Below are positions 27,101 to 42,200 of a stretch of 64,000 nt of DNA, in pieces. The first letter of the stretch is position 1; each line of letters starts with the position of its first letter. A program made the position numbers and the translations under genes. The notes under the pieces were generated by a model. It did not search any database. It saw only the letters and a list, made by a program, of their open reading frames with translations, and had not been told where the DNA came from. Location of the stretch: contig NC_068982.1 in assembly GCF_001194135.2 (NCBI RefSeq), positions 122,788,007 to 122,852,006 of the forward strand, given 5' to 3'. The DNA comes from Octopus bimaculoides. Lineage: Eukaryota.

Positions 27101-30100
27101 CATATATGTATGTACATGCATGTGTATAGGTTACTGTCACCTTGCCTTGACATCACATATAGTTGTAAACAAATGCCATTGTCATGCAAGTGGTAACTTT
27201 TGTTCCCAATCTTCTATGAAAACATGTCTGGTTATTGGGAAATATTAGCTTGTTTGGAAGCAGGTGAGGGTTGGTAACAGAAAGGCTATCTAGCTATAGA
27301 AAATCTGTCTCAACAAAAATCTTGTCTGAGCCATGCAAGCATGGAAAAGTGGCTATAAAAATGACGACAATGACAACAATGATGATAATAACTTTTTAAG
27401 ACAGATCTTCAAATTAATATGACACTTATCAGTGGATAGGCAGAACTGGTAGAGCCTCAATGAAATACCTTGTGCTATTTAGTCACATCCTTTTATGTAA
27501 TTAGTTCAAATCCCACCTAGGTCAACTTACTCAGTTTCCCTTTTCAATGCTGATAAAATAAGAACTAGATAAAGTCAAGAGGTCAATATAATCAGCTATA
27601 TCTTTGAAGGCTGTGCCCCAGCATGGCCATGGTTTAATAAGGGAAATCAGTTTTAAAAGAATAAAAAAACTGACCTGTGATTTACCCTAAACTACCTTAT
27701 TTGGAGGAAAGTAAAACTTAATCTGAAACGATGATTTATAAATTTTTTTAAAAATTTTATTTATATTGTAATTTCTTTTTTTAATTTTTCTAAATCAGGA
27801 ACAATTTTCTCTGGAACAAATATTTGGAGGAATGTCTGTCTTCCCTTCAATAGAGTGCTGTTTGAACATGCTCGTTGATTTTATTCTGCCTCTCTGCATC
27901 CGAACTGGCTATGGAAGAAGAGGTAAGTTAATAAATAAATAAAAAACAAAACCATCTCTTTTAAATTAACTAGTTTTATGCAATAACAATTCCCTTTTTT
28001 AAAAAAATATTTTTGTTATGTAAATTTTATTGGCCTTCTTAAAATACCACCTTTCCCTTCTGTTTTTAATCTTTTCAACTGCACAACTTCATTTGACTGC
28101 AGTCAAATGAGAAAGCCAAGATAAAAGAAAGAAATAATAAAAGAGTAAAACAATATTAGTCTAGGACGAGGGATGGACAGAATTGCTAAAGTATCGGACA
28201 ATATGTTTTGTGGTGTTTGTTCCAACTCTTTACCTTCTGAGTACCAAATTTGTATCTAACTAACAAGATGATGTTTTATAAAAATAGCTAAAAAAAATTT
28301 ATTCTTCCATGACAAGCACATAGTACTTGCCAAAGAAATCACCACTTGTTATTCATTGATCGGATGACCTCACAAGAAGAAATAAAAGATAACAAGGGTT
28401 TTTAAAAGAAACTACTTTTTTCTTTTGTTTTTTTTTTTACTTTCATCCAGATTCGCCTCGGCTCCTTCATGCCGACATCCGATATGCATTGTCAGTCGTC
28501 CTTCATGCCGTGAATCCACCTGTAAAACATAGTAGCCAGTCTAATACCAAAACGGGTAGCCATCATATAAACATTACTGAACAAGGCCAATCAGATAACT
28601 TTCTACCAACAGAAAAGTATTTTGTGAAACCCGGCTGTATAGAACTACAGGAACAAACTGCTTACCTTGGTGAGTTTTTTTTTTTTACTGATTTCTCTTG
28701 GCTGTGTTTAATTTGTTTCTTTATTTGTTTTCTATTTCTATTAAATTAATTACAGGAAAACAAATGCTAAATATTAAGAAATGCTGTATTTCATAAAATG
28801 CTTAATCAACATACCCCAGGTTATGTCATACTGAAGATTTGTAAAAAGACTGAAATAGTGCTCTACATGATTGCCACTGACTGGAAATTAACCAAGAGAA
28901 AAGATATGTTTCATGAGATACACAGAGAGAAATAAGAAATTCTAAAAGTTTTTCATGTGTGTAGCATTTTTATTAAAATTGAAACTGTGAGTTGGTCTTG
29001 TGACTCAAGTTTCGCACCACTACAATCTTCAAGCTAAGATTTTATTGATGTGAAAATAATTGTGGCTTTAACCATCAACTTTAAAGCAATATATTTCAGA
29101 TTAGAGCAAATTGTATTTACTGAAATAATAGCTATTATAATTTACACAATTTTACCAACAAGAAGCAAACCTATCAACTATGGTGGCATAGAATTCTGGA
29201 ATCCTAAAATCAAAAAGAACTCTTCCAATGTATTTTGAGTTGATGGTCATAGTTGAAGACATTATTTTGCAAGAAGTCATTGAAATGCTTAAAAAATTGA
29301 TAGTTTATCAGAGAGAGATCTGGGAAGTAAGTCAGGTGAGATAGAGTTTCATAGCCCAGGCAATTCAATTTCTTCAGTCATTTTTGAAAATAGTGGTTAG
29401 GCACTGCTATGGAAAAGTATTGGTCCTTTTTGACTGTCAATGTTGGACATAATATTGCAGTTTTTGATTTATTTTACTGATTTCTTGGCAATACTTCTAA
29501 AATGTTTGCAAGAATAAATATAGATTTTAAGTATAAAACATTCATTTATTTGCTAACTTAAAATGTTAACTGAGGAAAATTTCTGAGAGTGGCTTTATAC
29601 AGTTAAGTGGTGGCTAATTTACTTAAAAGCATGAGACAAGAGATTTCAATTAACTAAAATTAGAATTTTAATAAAGAGAAAAATCATTAACTTAAATGAT
29701 TAATTCTTGTCAAGAAAAACAAGGGAAACAACTTCAAATCCATAATATTCAATTTAATTAAATTAGAGCATGCAGTAGAAAGTAAGTTTCATCTTGGATA
29801 CAATTTTAGATTCCTTAAACTGAGCATGCTTGTGTATTGTGGTCTTTTACTCAGACATAGCATTCTGTTGTGGTAAAATAATCTGACCAAGATTATATAT
29901 GTGACCACTCAGTTTATTACAAACTCAAAATATATAAGTACTTGGTCTTAATAAGGCTTGTCTGAAGCTAAAATGCACCTAATCAAAAATAAGATATTCC
30001 ACAGAACCTCCCAAAACTAAACACCAATATTTAAGTGTTATCCAAGCCTAATTGGGTTACCTATGAAGAAAACCAAACAATACCAAAGTAAGCAATCCCC

Positions 30101-31459
30101 ACAGACAATGAATCCACAAACACTTTCCAATTTACAAGAATGAAGGACAACCCAAAATAACAAGACTAAGATATAAGAAGTTCACAATCAAGCATAACAT
30201 ATATATTTTCATCATCAGCTACCCAAACGGATATCACTAGTTTCAATTTCTGGGTTGTAACATTCAATTGACTGCCTTAGAATCTTCTAGCTTATTACTA
30301 TAAGTAACAACATAAGCGTAAACAAATAGTAATAACTTATAGCTACAAATTAGTATTTCTAACAAAGAACTAATTCCAAAAATGATTTTCAGACAATACA
30401 ACAAGCATAGACTACTCAATCAACATTGCATGATGAACATGGTATTACACCCAAATAACAAGCCTAATTAATAATGATTACTGGAAACAGGCTTTTCAAG
30501 ATTGTCATCAGGTTCAATATGCTGAAATCATGTTCTCTCAGATTAGTCAGATAGTTATATGTTTAGGCAAAATATTATCTTTCAAAAACCCCAAAAGCTC
30601 CACAGAAATAGTAAAGTTTCTGATAGCTAGATGTAATTTTATACAGTGAAACATTTTATGTTCTTGCTCTTAATGCAGTTGCCAATTAGGCTCACAGTTA
30701 TGGCAGTTGGGATCCATCCAATAAAAACTACTTCATTCGATTAACATGATTTAAATTTATTTGCTATAAAAGTAGGTTTTTTTCCTGCTTAATTTGATAT
30801 CTTTATTCAAGCATACTCATTCATATGTATTTTTCTGAAAGAAATCTCTCAATTGCTTTATGTATTTACATTTCAAAAAAATTTTTTTTTCTTCTAATTT
30901 TGTATCTATTAGGTTTGCAGGTCTTGATGGTTTGTTTTGACAATACTTTAGCAGCGGAATGGCATCATGTGGCGAAATATGTTATGGACATCAGCACTAA
31001 AACTAGAGGTAAGTTGAACTTATCCATCATCAACATTTTAAATAACCCTCACTTCTATTACTACATAGAGTGTTTTTCCCTGTTCACAATAGATATGATG
31101 GATCTTTAAAATTTTAGGTTTCTTTTTTTTCCCCTTTTGAATTGACAAACATCTTTGCATGAATTAATGCATTCTGGTCCTTAAAGGAATATATATATAT
31201 ATANNNNNNNNNNNNNNNNNNNNNNNNNNNNNNNNNNNNNNNNNNNNNNNNNNNNNNNNNNNNNATATATTAGGGTGGCAAGCTGACAGAATTGTTAGCA
31301 TGCCAAGCAAAAGTTCAGTGTCATTTCATCCATCTTTATGTTCTGAGTTCAAATTTCACCAAGGTCAATTTTTGCCTTTCATCCTCTTGGGATCAATAAA
31401 ATAAGAACCAGTTGAGCACTAGAGTTGATGTAATTGACCTAACTCCTTTGAACAACATA

Positions 31460-31500
<41 letters not shown>

Positions 31501-32629
31501 ATGAGATGGACATGGTTGGAATGTCTTTGATCATGTCTGCTTGATTAAGGTTGACTTGGGACCAAACAACAACAGTGCAAATAGCTATATTATATCTGAG
31601 TCAGTAGCTTAACTTCACACCTTCTGCATTTTTATTATAATTTTTGACTCATGACCTAACTTTTGTGTACATTTAGATTTTGTTTTTGTTATAATATTGT
31701 TGTAATATTAGGAAGATAGAGTAAGCTCTCCAGTATCAAGTGGTTTGGAAATAAGAACTGACCTCACAATGAACTAGTTTGCTATGCAGCTTTAATTCTT
31801 ATTTAAAGCTATTTCATTTCACATACACTGCTGACACTTATGAAATGATTACATGAAGAATACAACTTTCATTGATTTACTCTTACCACTAGAAATCACA
31901 AGGCTCTGTGCTCATCTGGAGGAGGCAGTGATAAACATTTCCTGCATAATCATTGCTTATCCATTATACCCTCTTTTGTATATTATGATTACAATAGTAA
32001 CATTCAGCTACATTAAACTAAATTATGTAAAAATGCCCAACAGGCTGAGTCTACAACCTGGTTTCAGTTCCTGCTTGTAGACATTAGCTTTATTTTATGT
32101 TGATAATGTCCTTGAGAAAAATATAAATCACAGGCAATTGAGTTTCTCCTCTTTAAAAAAAATCATTATTTTCTCAAAATAGAAAAAAGCCTATGCATAA
32201 TTGATTTGCTTTTCCATTTCCCTTTTTTGTTTTTTTTTTCTTTCCCTTTCCTTTTTCATACCACAAAGCTTTTTGATAACAGAGTTCCAATCTGCTTCCA
32301 TATATTAATTAGTGTTTAATACATATCAGCAAAGGGATTCTATAGGGCAACGAAGTGGCCAAATCTTTAACACATCAGGCAAGATGTTTAGTGACATTTC
32401 ATCCATCTTTGAGTTCAAATGCCACCAAGGTTGACTTTGCCTTTCATCCTTTTGGGATCAATAAAAAAAGTACTGGTTGAGCACTGGAGTCAACGTAATC
32501 AACTTAAATCACTCTTCTGATGTTGCTGGCCTTATGCCAAAATTTGAAACTAATAGAGAGCCTCTATGTGGTTGCCCACCTGCTAGAAATAGCAACCAAA
32601 TTGTTCTGTCATCCAATTCATACCAGCAT

Positions 32630-32693
<64 letters not shown>

Positions 32694-35402
32694 GATGGGT
32701 AATTTTATGTGTTCCCCTTGTCTTGACGTTTGCATGCAGATTGAAAACACCATTCATACAAGCTCTCATGTGTTTTACATTCTCTCATGAACATATATCC
32801 AGCCATTGAGCTGTTCTTCAAAAGACTAGAGGAAATAATACTTTGCTTTAGAAACAGGTTATATTTAGCATGAAGTTGACATAGATTTCTCTAAATCTGA
32901 CTTTAGAAAAATCTGACTATACAAGTATAGAAAAGTGAATATTAAAATGGTGATGACAATGACAACAACAACAACAATATATATATAATACATACTCACT
33001 CACTCACTTACACATGCATGTATAATTACACACACAGTATAATATATGCTCAACATGCACATGCATATATATCAACATACATATTTAAAGCATCCATGAC
33101 AACTGCATTATCTGAGCAAAAAACCAGTCATTGTAATAAGAAAGAGGTGTGGTTCATTGAATCGATCCTACTTAACAACTTGAACTTATTAAATAATAAT
33201 AATTTCTAACATAGATACAAGCCAGAAATTATGAGACAGGCTTAGTCAATTATGTGACATTAGTACTTGACTAGTACTTAATTTATCAACCCCAGATAAA
33301 TGAAAGATAAAGTTGGCTTCAGTAGGATTTGAATTCAGAGCATGAAAGAATATCAACACGTTAATATGATATAAAAAAATGGTTACAGCAAATATTCTTC
33401 CCAATACCACACATTTACTTGTCAGCTATTTGACCTTAACCTGTTGAGCATGTCCCTTGATGGCTGATGATGTATGCATCTCTGATCACAAGCAGAATTA
33501 GTGGAGGAACATCATAGCCATGTGTTGAGAGGAATTCTTTGGGGTTTGAATAATTCACTTCTGGAAACATGAGTTTCGTTCAATATCCTTATCAGGGACC
33601 TTTTGAGTGGGATGGGCTACTCGACCTGATGCAAATTCTAACTGGGCTTCATCTGCATGTTTTGTCTTGGTATAAAAGATGGGCTACAGCAAATATTCTG
33701 CTCAATACCACAGATTTGCTTGTCAGTTGTTTGACCTTAACCAGTTGAGCATGTCCCTTAGTGGTTGATGATATGTGCATCTCTTATTATGAACAGAAGT
33801 AGTGGGAGAGCAACATAGCCATGTGTTCAGCATCATAACCATGTGTTTGGAGTTTGAATAACTGCTGCTGTTGTTCTTCTTCAAGAACAGAAGGAAGCAG
33901 ATGAAAAGAAATGGAATTACATGGCTAATTCATGCAACAAACCAAGAATGTTGGAAGTAAAGAACACTGGCTCTGGTTGACAAACAGAAACCTGAAACAA
34001 GCTGAAGCACTGATTATAACTACTCAGGAACAGGCCACTAAAATGAATCTGATAAAGGCAAAGATTGACAAAATTCAAAGAGCAAATATTGAATTTGCAG
34101 GAAAAGAGACAAAAGTATAAATCATCTCTTGAGTGAATGTAGTAAGCTAACACAAAAAGAGTATAAGCACAAGCATAACTGTGTAGGTATAAGAGCGCTT
34201 TAAAGTATGGTGAGTGTGTGACTTCAAAATAACAAGTGGTATGAACATGAACTATAAGCTGTGACAGACAATAAGGATTATAGGATTGTATAGGACTTCC
34301 TATAAAGACTGATCATACTAGAAGACCCAAATATGATTGTAGAGAACAAAATAAACAAACAGTGTAAGACCATAAACTTTGCAATGTCATATAATAACAG
34401 AGTGGATGCCAAAGAAATGGAAAAAGTCAAAAGATATCAGAAACTAGCCAGAAAGCTGAAGAGATTGTGGAAGGCAAAAACAAATTTCTGTGGTAATTGG
34501 AGTACTTGGCACAACACCCAAACTTCTACCTAAGAGACTGACAGGTTGGAATTGAGACTTGCACTGCCAACCTGCAGAAAAGTGGCATCCTGTATTCTGC
34601 AAGAATCCTAAGAAAGATTCTTTAGATTTGAGGAGATTTTTTATCACCAGCCCCCAAAATAACACTCCTGCTAATTAAATTATCATATAAATACTTTTGG
34701 AATAACAGTAATAAACCAGGTGTCACTGAAAATAATGAGTATAAGATCTTATGAGATTTTGTAATTCAGTGATTGATTCTCAGAGATCAGACATTGTTGT
34801 AGTGAATAAAAGGAAGAAGGAAACCAAAATGATAGATATTGCCATACCTGGGGATGCACGAATGGGTGACAGCTGGAAAAATTGAAATTTACAAGCTACT
34901 AAAAAATGAAATTGCACAAATGTGGACAATGAAGAGAGTAACTGACATCTTGGTAGTTGTAGGGACTCTGGGAACACTAACAACCAGGTTTGAAAAATAT
35001 GTTGAAGAAATTGGAATTGACATGAGGGTAGAACATGCTCATAAAAGTGCTCTATTAGGGACAGCAAGGATCTGAGACTGGTTTTTGGATGTTAAGTATT
35101 GTGGGAAGAGACCCTGTGAGACCTTCAACAACAGGTTGCTATCTACTCTTACAGAATTAACATAGAGTAAGTAAAATTGAGAGCTCTGAGAAGTAAAATG
35201 GAAATATTGATAATAACAATAACACCAACAATAATAATGGTAACAAAACTTATTATTATTATTATTATTATTAATAATAATTATAATAATAATAATACAG
35301 TTTGATATTTAAGAGATGAGGAATTATGTACATTATTTACATTTGACGGATATTTGTCCTCATTTGATGGATATTTGACCTGGAATCGATTCCAGGCAGT
35401 GA

Positions 35403-35445
<43 letters not shown>

Positions 35446-38400
35446 TTTAAAAAAACTATTAGTAGCACTTTAATACATGTATTGTGACCTTTAAATAATG
35501 ATTATATATATATNNNNNNNNNNNNNNNNNNNNNNNNNNNNNNNNNNNNNNNNNNNNNNNNNNNNNNNNNNNNNNNNNNNNNNNNNNNNNNNNNNNNNNN
35601 NNNNNNNNNNNNNNNNNNNNNNNNNNNNNNNNNNNNNNNNNNNNNNNNNNNNNNNNNNNNNNNNNNNNNNNNNNNNNNNNNNNNNNNNNNNNNNNNNNNN
35701 NNNNNNNNNNNNNNNNNNNNNNNNNNNNNNNNNNNNNNNNNNNNNNNNNNNNNNNNNNNNNNNNNNNNNNNNNNNNNNNNNNNNNNNNNNNNNNNNNNNN
35801 NNNNNNNNNNNNNNNNNNNNNNNNNNNNNNNNNNNNNNNNNNNNNNNNNNNNNNNNNNNNNNNNNNNNNNNNNNNNNNNNNNNNNNNNNNNNNNNNNNNN
35901 NNNNNNNNNNNNNNNNNNNNNNNNNNNNNNNNNNNNNNNNNNNNNNNNNNNNNNNNNNNNNNNNNNNNNNNNNNNNNNNNNNNNNNNNNNNNNNNNNNNN
36001 NNNNNNNNNNNNNNNNNNNNNNNNNNNNNNNNNNNNNNNNNNNNNNNNNNNNNNNNNNNNNNNNNNNNNNNNNNNNNNNNGGCACATGAGATGCACCATT
36101 TTGAGCGTGGCCGTTGCCAGTACCGCCTGACTGGCTCCCGTAGGATTTTCAAGCGAGATCGTTGCCAGTGCCCCTGGACTGGCTTGTGCGGGTGGCACAT
36201 AAAAGACACCATTTCGAGCGTGGCCGTTTTCGTGCGGGTGACACGTAAAAGCACCCACTACACTCTCTGAGTGGTTGGCGTTAGGAAGGGCATCCAGCTG
36301 TAGAAACTCTGCCAAATTAGATTGGAGCCTGGTGTTGCCATCCGGTTTCACCAGTCCTCAGTCAAATCGTCCAACCCATGCTAGCATGGAAAGCGGACGT
36401 TAAACGATGATGATGATGATGATGATATATAGTATATCTTTATATATTATAGTATGTATTACAACATATTTTGTAATATAATGTATTTATATATTATAAT
36501 ATTTTTATTTTTTTATTTATTTTGTAGGATCCCTTTCCCTTTGGAAATTTCTAGACTTTATTGTCACATATCGGCCCTCAATATTCCTCCTGCTTCAACC
36601 ATTCATTCAGTTCAAGGTAAAATTATCTGATCCCAATTACTATTGATGCAATATATAGTAAATATTTATCTTTTGTTTCTTTGCTTTTAATTTCACAATA
36701 TGTTCTTGAATATCATTATTTTCTGGAATGTCCCAGTCTTCTTCACTTATGTGTAACATTCAGAAAGTCTGGCCTAGGGTGTTGTGAAGGCACAACACAA
36801 TGAACAAGAGCAATGGTAACTGAAGTGGTTGACTCCCAGACTCATTGCTTCTCTAAGCCAAAATTGTCAGCTTGAGATCAGCAAAAATTGCATTCCAGTT
36901 TGCTAAGGCAAAGAACTACAGCTTATGTTGCTCCAGTATATGTTGTTAAGATTCTGATCTACTACACTGTGCAAGTACACACCAAGTGTAGTCTCCTATA
37001 CACATATTTGGGATAAAGCAATTGTTAAGCACAATAATATTTGGGAACACATTAAAAAAAGCTTATAAGCAAATCTTTTCTCATCAATATACTTCATGGA
37101 CATTGCCAGGGTTTCAACTGGAAGAAGATTATCAATGTTAAAATTTGGTCTACCATTAACCAATTTTCAAAAATCACAAAATTGAAATACATATGACATA
37201 ATAATTATATTTGCATGGAGATGTAGTGGAGCTCATCTCCCTTCCCTGGTTGAAGAGGTGTACAATAACCTGTCAAACAGTCCCAATGTGCTAAGACCTT
37301 TCTGGGGGTTTTTTCTATAATAATACATGTCCTTCTAAACTAGCAATCTACACACCATCCCTGCTGACACCCATTTGAAGCAGAGCAGTTATAGGAGGGA
37401 CTGGTGTATTCATTCTTAGTAAACACATGTTCAGTCCTTTCTTGCCAAAAATACATTCCACTGGAATTCTTTTGCTGCCCACATTCTCCCTGCAGGTGAC
37501 AACCTTTAAGAGATTGAGTTGAAACTCAGCTGCATTACTCTCAAGTTTAAAACAGTGCAAGGGAAACTCAGGACCCTATTACATTTTTCCAGACTAAATA
37601 ACTGTTTAATTTTTTTAAAAAAAGCTATATAAAAACTTATGCATTTGACCTTCAGTAAAGTTTTAAGGTGAGAAAGTATTGAAATAGGTGAGCAGGATAG
37701 TTCTGTATTTTTGTGCCTTCTTTGATTTCTGGATCTCCTCTTGAATTTCACAAATATTGATATTACATCATCTGATAAAGCAAAGAGTTGGCAGAATCAT
37801 TTGCACACTGGACAAAATGCTTAACTGGATTTCATCCGTTTTTGTGTTCTGAGTTCAAATTCCACCAAGGTTGACTTTGCCTTTCACCATTTTGGAGGTC
37901 AATGAAATAAGTACCAGTTGAGCACTGGATTGATGTAATCAACTCATCCCCTCACCCAGACTTACTGGCCTTTTACCAGAATTTGAAACCAATATTATAT
38001 CATCTGAATTCAACCTCAACCAAATCTCTTCAATACACACCAATGTAACTCAGTGATTATATTTTGTGTGGCACGTAAAAAGCACCGCCTTACTGGCACT
38101 TGTGCCGGTGGTATGTGGAAAACAACATTCGAGCGAGGGCATTGCCAGTGCTGCTGGACTGGCTCCTGTGCAGGTGACACATAAAAACACCATTTGAACG
38201 TGGTCATTGCCAGTACCACCTGACTGGCCCTCATGCTGGTGGCACGTAAAAGCACCCACTACACTCTCGGAGTGGTTGGAGTTAGGAAGGGCATCCAGCT
38301 GTAGAAACTCTCTAGATCAGATTGGAGCCTGGTGCAGCCATCTGGCTCACCAGTCCCCAGTCAAAGCGTCAAACCCATGCCAGCACGGAAAGCGGACGTT

Positions 38401-39092
38401 AAACGATGATGATGATGATGACGATGATGGTGATGATGATCCTGTTTTACTGGGTTTTTTTTTTTTTTCTGCCAGATGATGAAAGTTAATTGTGACACTG
38501 CAGAAGAATATTTCTTACAGCAAATTATCAAAGACAAACTAATGGGCGTCCATTCTGTGAATCATCCTAAATGTAAAGGTAACATTCTCATTCAGTTGAC
38601 GATAGAGTTACGACAGATCAAAGAAGAATTAGCAAATGCAGGTAAGCATAATTTTACATAGATCTTAATAGAATTTTTTTGTTTTTGTTACATTTCAATA
38701 CTTGATTAAAATTTAACATCACATGTTGTAAGACTGAATTTTCTGGTTTAAATCCCGATGCCTAATATTCATACTTGGTGGGTAAGAGAACAACAGATGT
38801 AAAATTTCACAATAACAGTACAGTCACACATAAACACATTTATATATTTCTTTTGTTCTCAGACTTTTCTTCAGGTACTCCTGCCATGCTTTCTGACCAG
38901 TCAGAGCTTTCTTACAATCAAGCCACTGATCAGCAGCAACAAATAAATGAAATAACAGCTGAAATTGTACCTCCCAAATTTTCTTTGGGCAGTGTGGGAA
39001 AACATTCCAGCAAAGGTAAATCCTTTTCTTCTGGCTTTATATGTAAGAAGTATTATGCTTTTTGAATATAGGATCTTGATTGTCCACATCTA

Positions 39093-39123
<31 letters not shown>

Positions 39124-39138
39124 ATCTCTCTCTCTCTC

Positions 39139-39205
<67 letters not shown>

Positions 39206-42200
39206 CTCTCAGGAGTCAATGATCATAGACCTCTATTTCTGCTTGTATTAACTTTACTTTGCCAATGTTCTTACTTTCCATGCAACTAAATTACAAATAC
39301 ATAGAACAATTTTTATAACAAAAATAACTTTTTATGGGCAGATGCTGAAATATAAAAAAACATTTTAAGACTAGTCACCTGTCAAAATATTTTTACACTG
39401 TACTTGAACACCAGAAATAAATGAAGCAATATTTCAAATGAAGTAATCTAAGAACTTTAGATTATTCACAGAAAAGTATGTTGCCATAATACAAATCTAT
39501 CTGACTTATGCTCAGAGTAAAAAAAAAGTAAGATATAAATAATCTTGCTGTTTAGCTCCAAATGAGCTCTGAATGAGCATACCTATAGTCGAAAGCATCT
39601 CAACCTTGACCATCTCATCTTTTTTGTGTGTCTAGGGCTACATTATCCAAGGTGTAATTTGAGGGAGATTTAGCTGTCATTTCTATGAGGTCAGACAAAA
39701 CTGTTATTAGGTTACTAGTTCATGAATCTGGAGATTATTAAATCTACTCAATTTATGAGGATAATTGATGATGCTAACAACAATGATAGGCAGTTGTAAG
39801 AGTGAAGAGGAGCTGACTGAGAATACTTATTTCTAGAAGAAGTATTATATCACTGTATTCTAGTTCAAATAATTTGTTAGATGTGTTTCTATATTGTTAA
39901 AGTAGCAGTGGTGTATCAGTGAGAGAATGTGAAAATCAGAGGGAGGTAGTGGTAAAATAGAGAGAGTATATTTGCATGCCATTACAAGCAACTCCCATTG
40001 GCTCTGTCTGCCTAATATTATCATCATATTATCATTATGTAGAGGTAAGCTCTTGTGGAGCCAATTCTTAATTATATCTATGTTACTTTGCTTTAGTTGC
40101 TAATGTACTTGAGAAGGACATGTTTGTTGAAAATATCATCTTCCTTCTATGTCTTAAATTTCTACCAACTTAGGGAGGGCAATGGAAAATTGCTGCAATT
40201 TACACTTCATAGAAATTCTATAGTGTTCTGGAAAGTTGTGTTGTAAGAGGAGAGATAGTTTTTCTTCTTTTTTTTTTTTTTTGAAATATTAACTCATTTT
40301 CTAACTCAAACATTTTATATGTAAAAATAAATTTTAACCATAGCAAAATTTCACTTTTTAATGTTTGAGCTCTGTAGACAAGGGGATTTGCAATTACATT
40401 GCTAAAATCTTAAAGAAAGGTTCTGAACATCACCCACTTTCATTGCTTCCTCCTCTAAATTTAAAAATGAAGTGGCTAAGTGGATGTGTTATTGAGTTAT
40501 TGGCTCATGAACTTGAAGCTCAAATCTGCAGCAAGCATTTTATAAGTATTTGAGCAATACACTTCACTCTATATACCTCAGTCTACTAGGCAATCAAAGG
40601 TAGACATCAACTTGAAATTTTATTTTCTGAACTGTTAATCATATCTTGAAAGTGTGAATTTACAACATTTATTTTGATGCTATATTTAGCTTGTTTGATC
40701 TCCAGTTTTCATTTTGTTGTGGGTATCCATTCATTTGTATGTTTTACTTCCAAAAATACTGTATTAGATGTAATACAATATATTAGAAGTAAAATGAAAG
40801 TAAAATGCTTCCTACTGTCATTCTCACACATACTCTTTATTTCTTTTGTTTGACAGCTTCCTATTTCTCCACTTTGTCATTTGCATAACAGCAAACCAAC
40901 ACACAAGCTAATTAATTTATGTTAATTATTTCTGGTATTCTTATTTCTTTCTTTTCATTCTCTTTTCTAGGTTCCACTGTATTTTCTCAGTCCAGTTCCA
41001 GTAGCAGCACACCATTTAAAACTGCAACAACTATTAATTCAAGTGCTGGCAGTGGAAGTCCTTTGATAAGTACAAGCAAGAAATCAACCCGCAGAATCAG
41101 TGCAAAGGATGGTAGCCGTATCTTAGACAAGTTTGAACGCAAGAACACAATAGTAGATGATCCTTCACCAGGTATTGTAATTCATCATTCATATTAAATA
41201 CTCACCTTGTAATAAGCATAAATGTGCATCCATAAAATAAACCCAACATTCCGGTTATAATCAAAGAGAGAAAGACGAAATAGTTCCATCATATTTTGAA
41301 TCAGATATATATATATTAAAACAAAATAATAGAATAATATCAAATAATATAAAATAAACTATAGAATTTTTTAGTTTATTTGTTTAGGGAGCGATTTGGT
41401 AGAAATTGTGTGCTAAAGCTGAAATAATTACATTGTTGTAGAGTCCTGATATGCATTTAAAACACAAATTTATCATGATATACCCAATTTTGTTTTATAT
41501 TGTCATAGCATATATTATCAAATATGAAAGTCTTTCATTATACATCCATAACTTGGTAGCTAACACTAATATTCTATTCTGTCTCAGTTTATATTGTAGA
41601 TTAAAATATATATGATCCAGTTTCAAAATGATGCAAAAGTAAATATAAGGGCATATGTGTATTTTTAATGGCTATCATGACTTTACCATGAAGCAACAAC
41701 AGAAAATATGATTTATTGAAAAAATTTCCTCTACAGAATATACTTTATATATATATATGCTCAAGACAAAACTGTAATTAATTCAAAATATCATCTTTGC
41801 AGAGATAAAATGTTTCGAATTTATAGGAGAATTGAGTATGCAGTATTTTGTCTTAATTTAAATACATTTTTCAGAACCACCTGAAACTACCTCACCCAAA
41901 TTACAACGACAGTCTACAATATGTTTTCAAGTTCGTCAAGGAAGCCCTAGTAGGACTTCTCAACCAGCTGGTATTGTCTTTGAAAATGAATGCTCTGAAA
42001 GTCAAGTAAATGGTGCAGGTATTATTATATTTGTCATATTTGTAAATTCCATGTAGCAGGAAACTAAACTGTTATATTTCTATGCCAAAGTTTAATTTTT
42101 TTTCTGTAAAATGACATCAGTTTGTAATGGATGCGAGATGATTAAAAGTTGTCCTTGGATTTTTTTTTTATTTAGACAAAACATTTTGCTGACCTGTGAT

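Noticed and set aside
28995-29036. TTGAAGA...GAAAC on the minus strand
   Set aside because: Core mismatch, and no convincing stem I or stem II.
36081-38440. CRISPR-like or regularly spaced arrays in the internal subrepeats
   Set aside because: Eukaryotic context; these are degenerate tandem subrepeats of the RTE 3' UTR without unique spacers.
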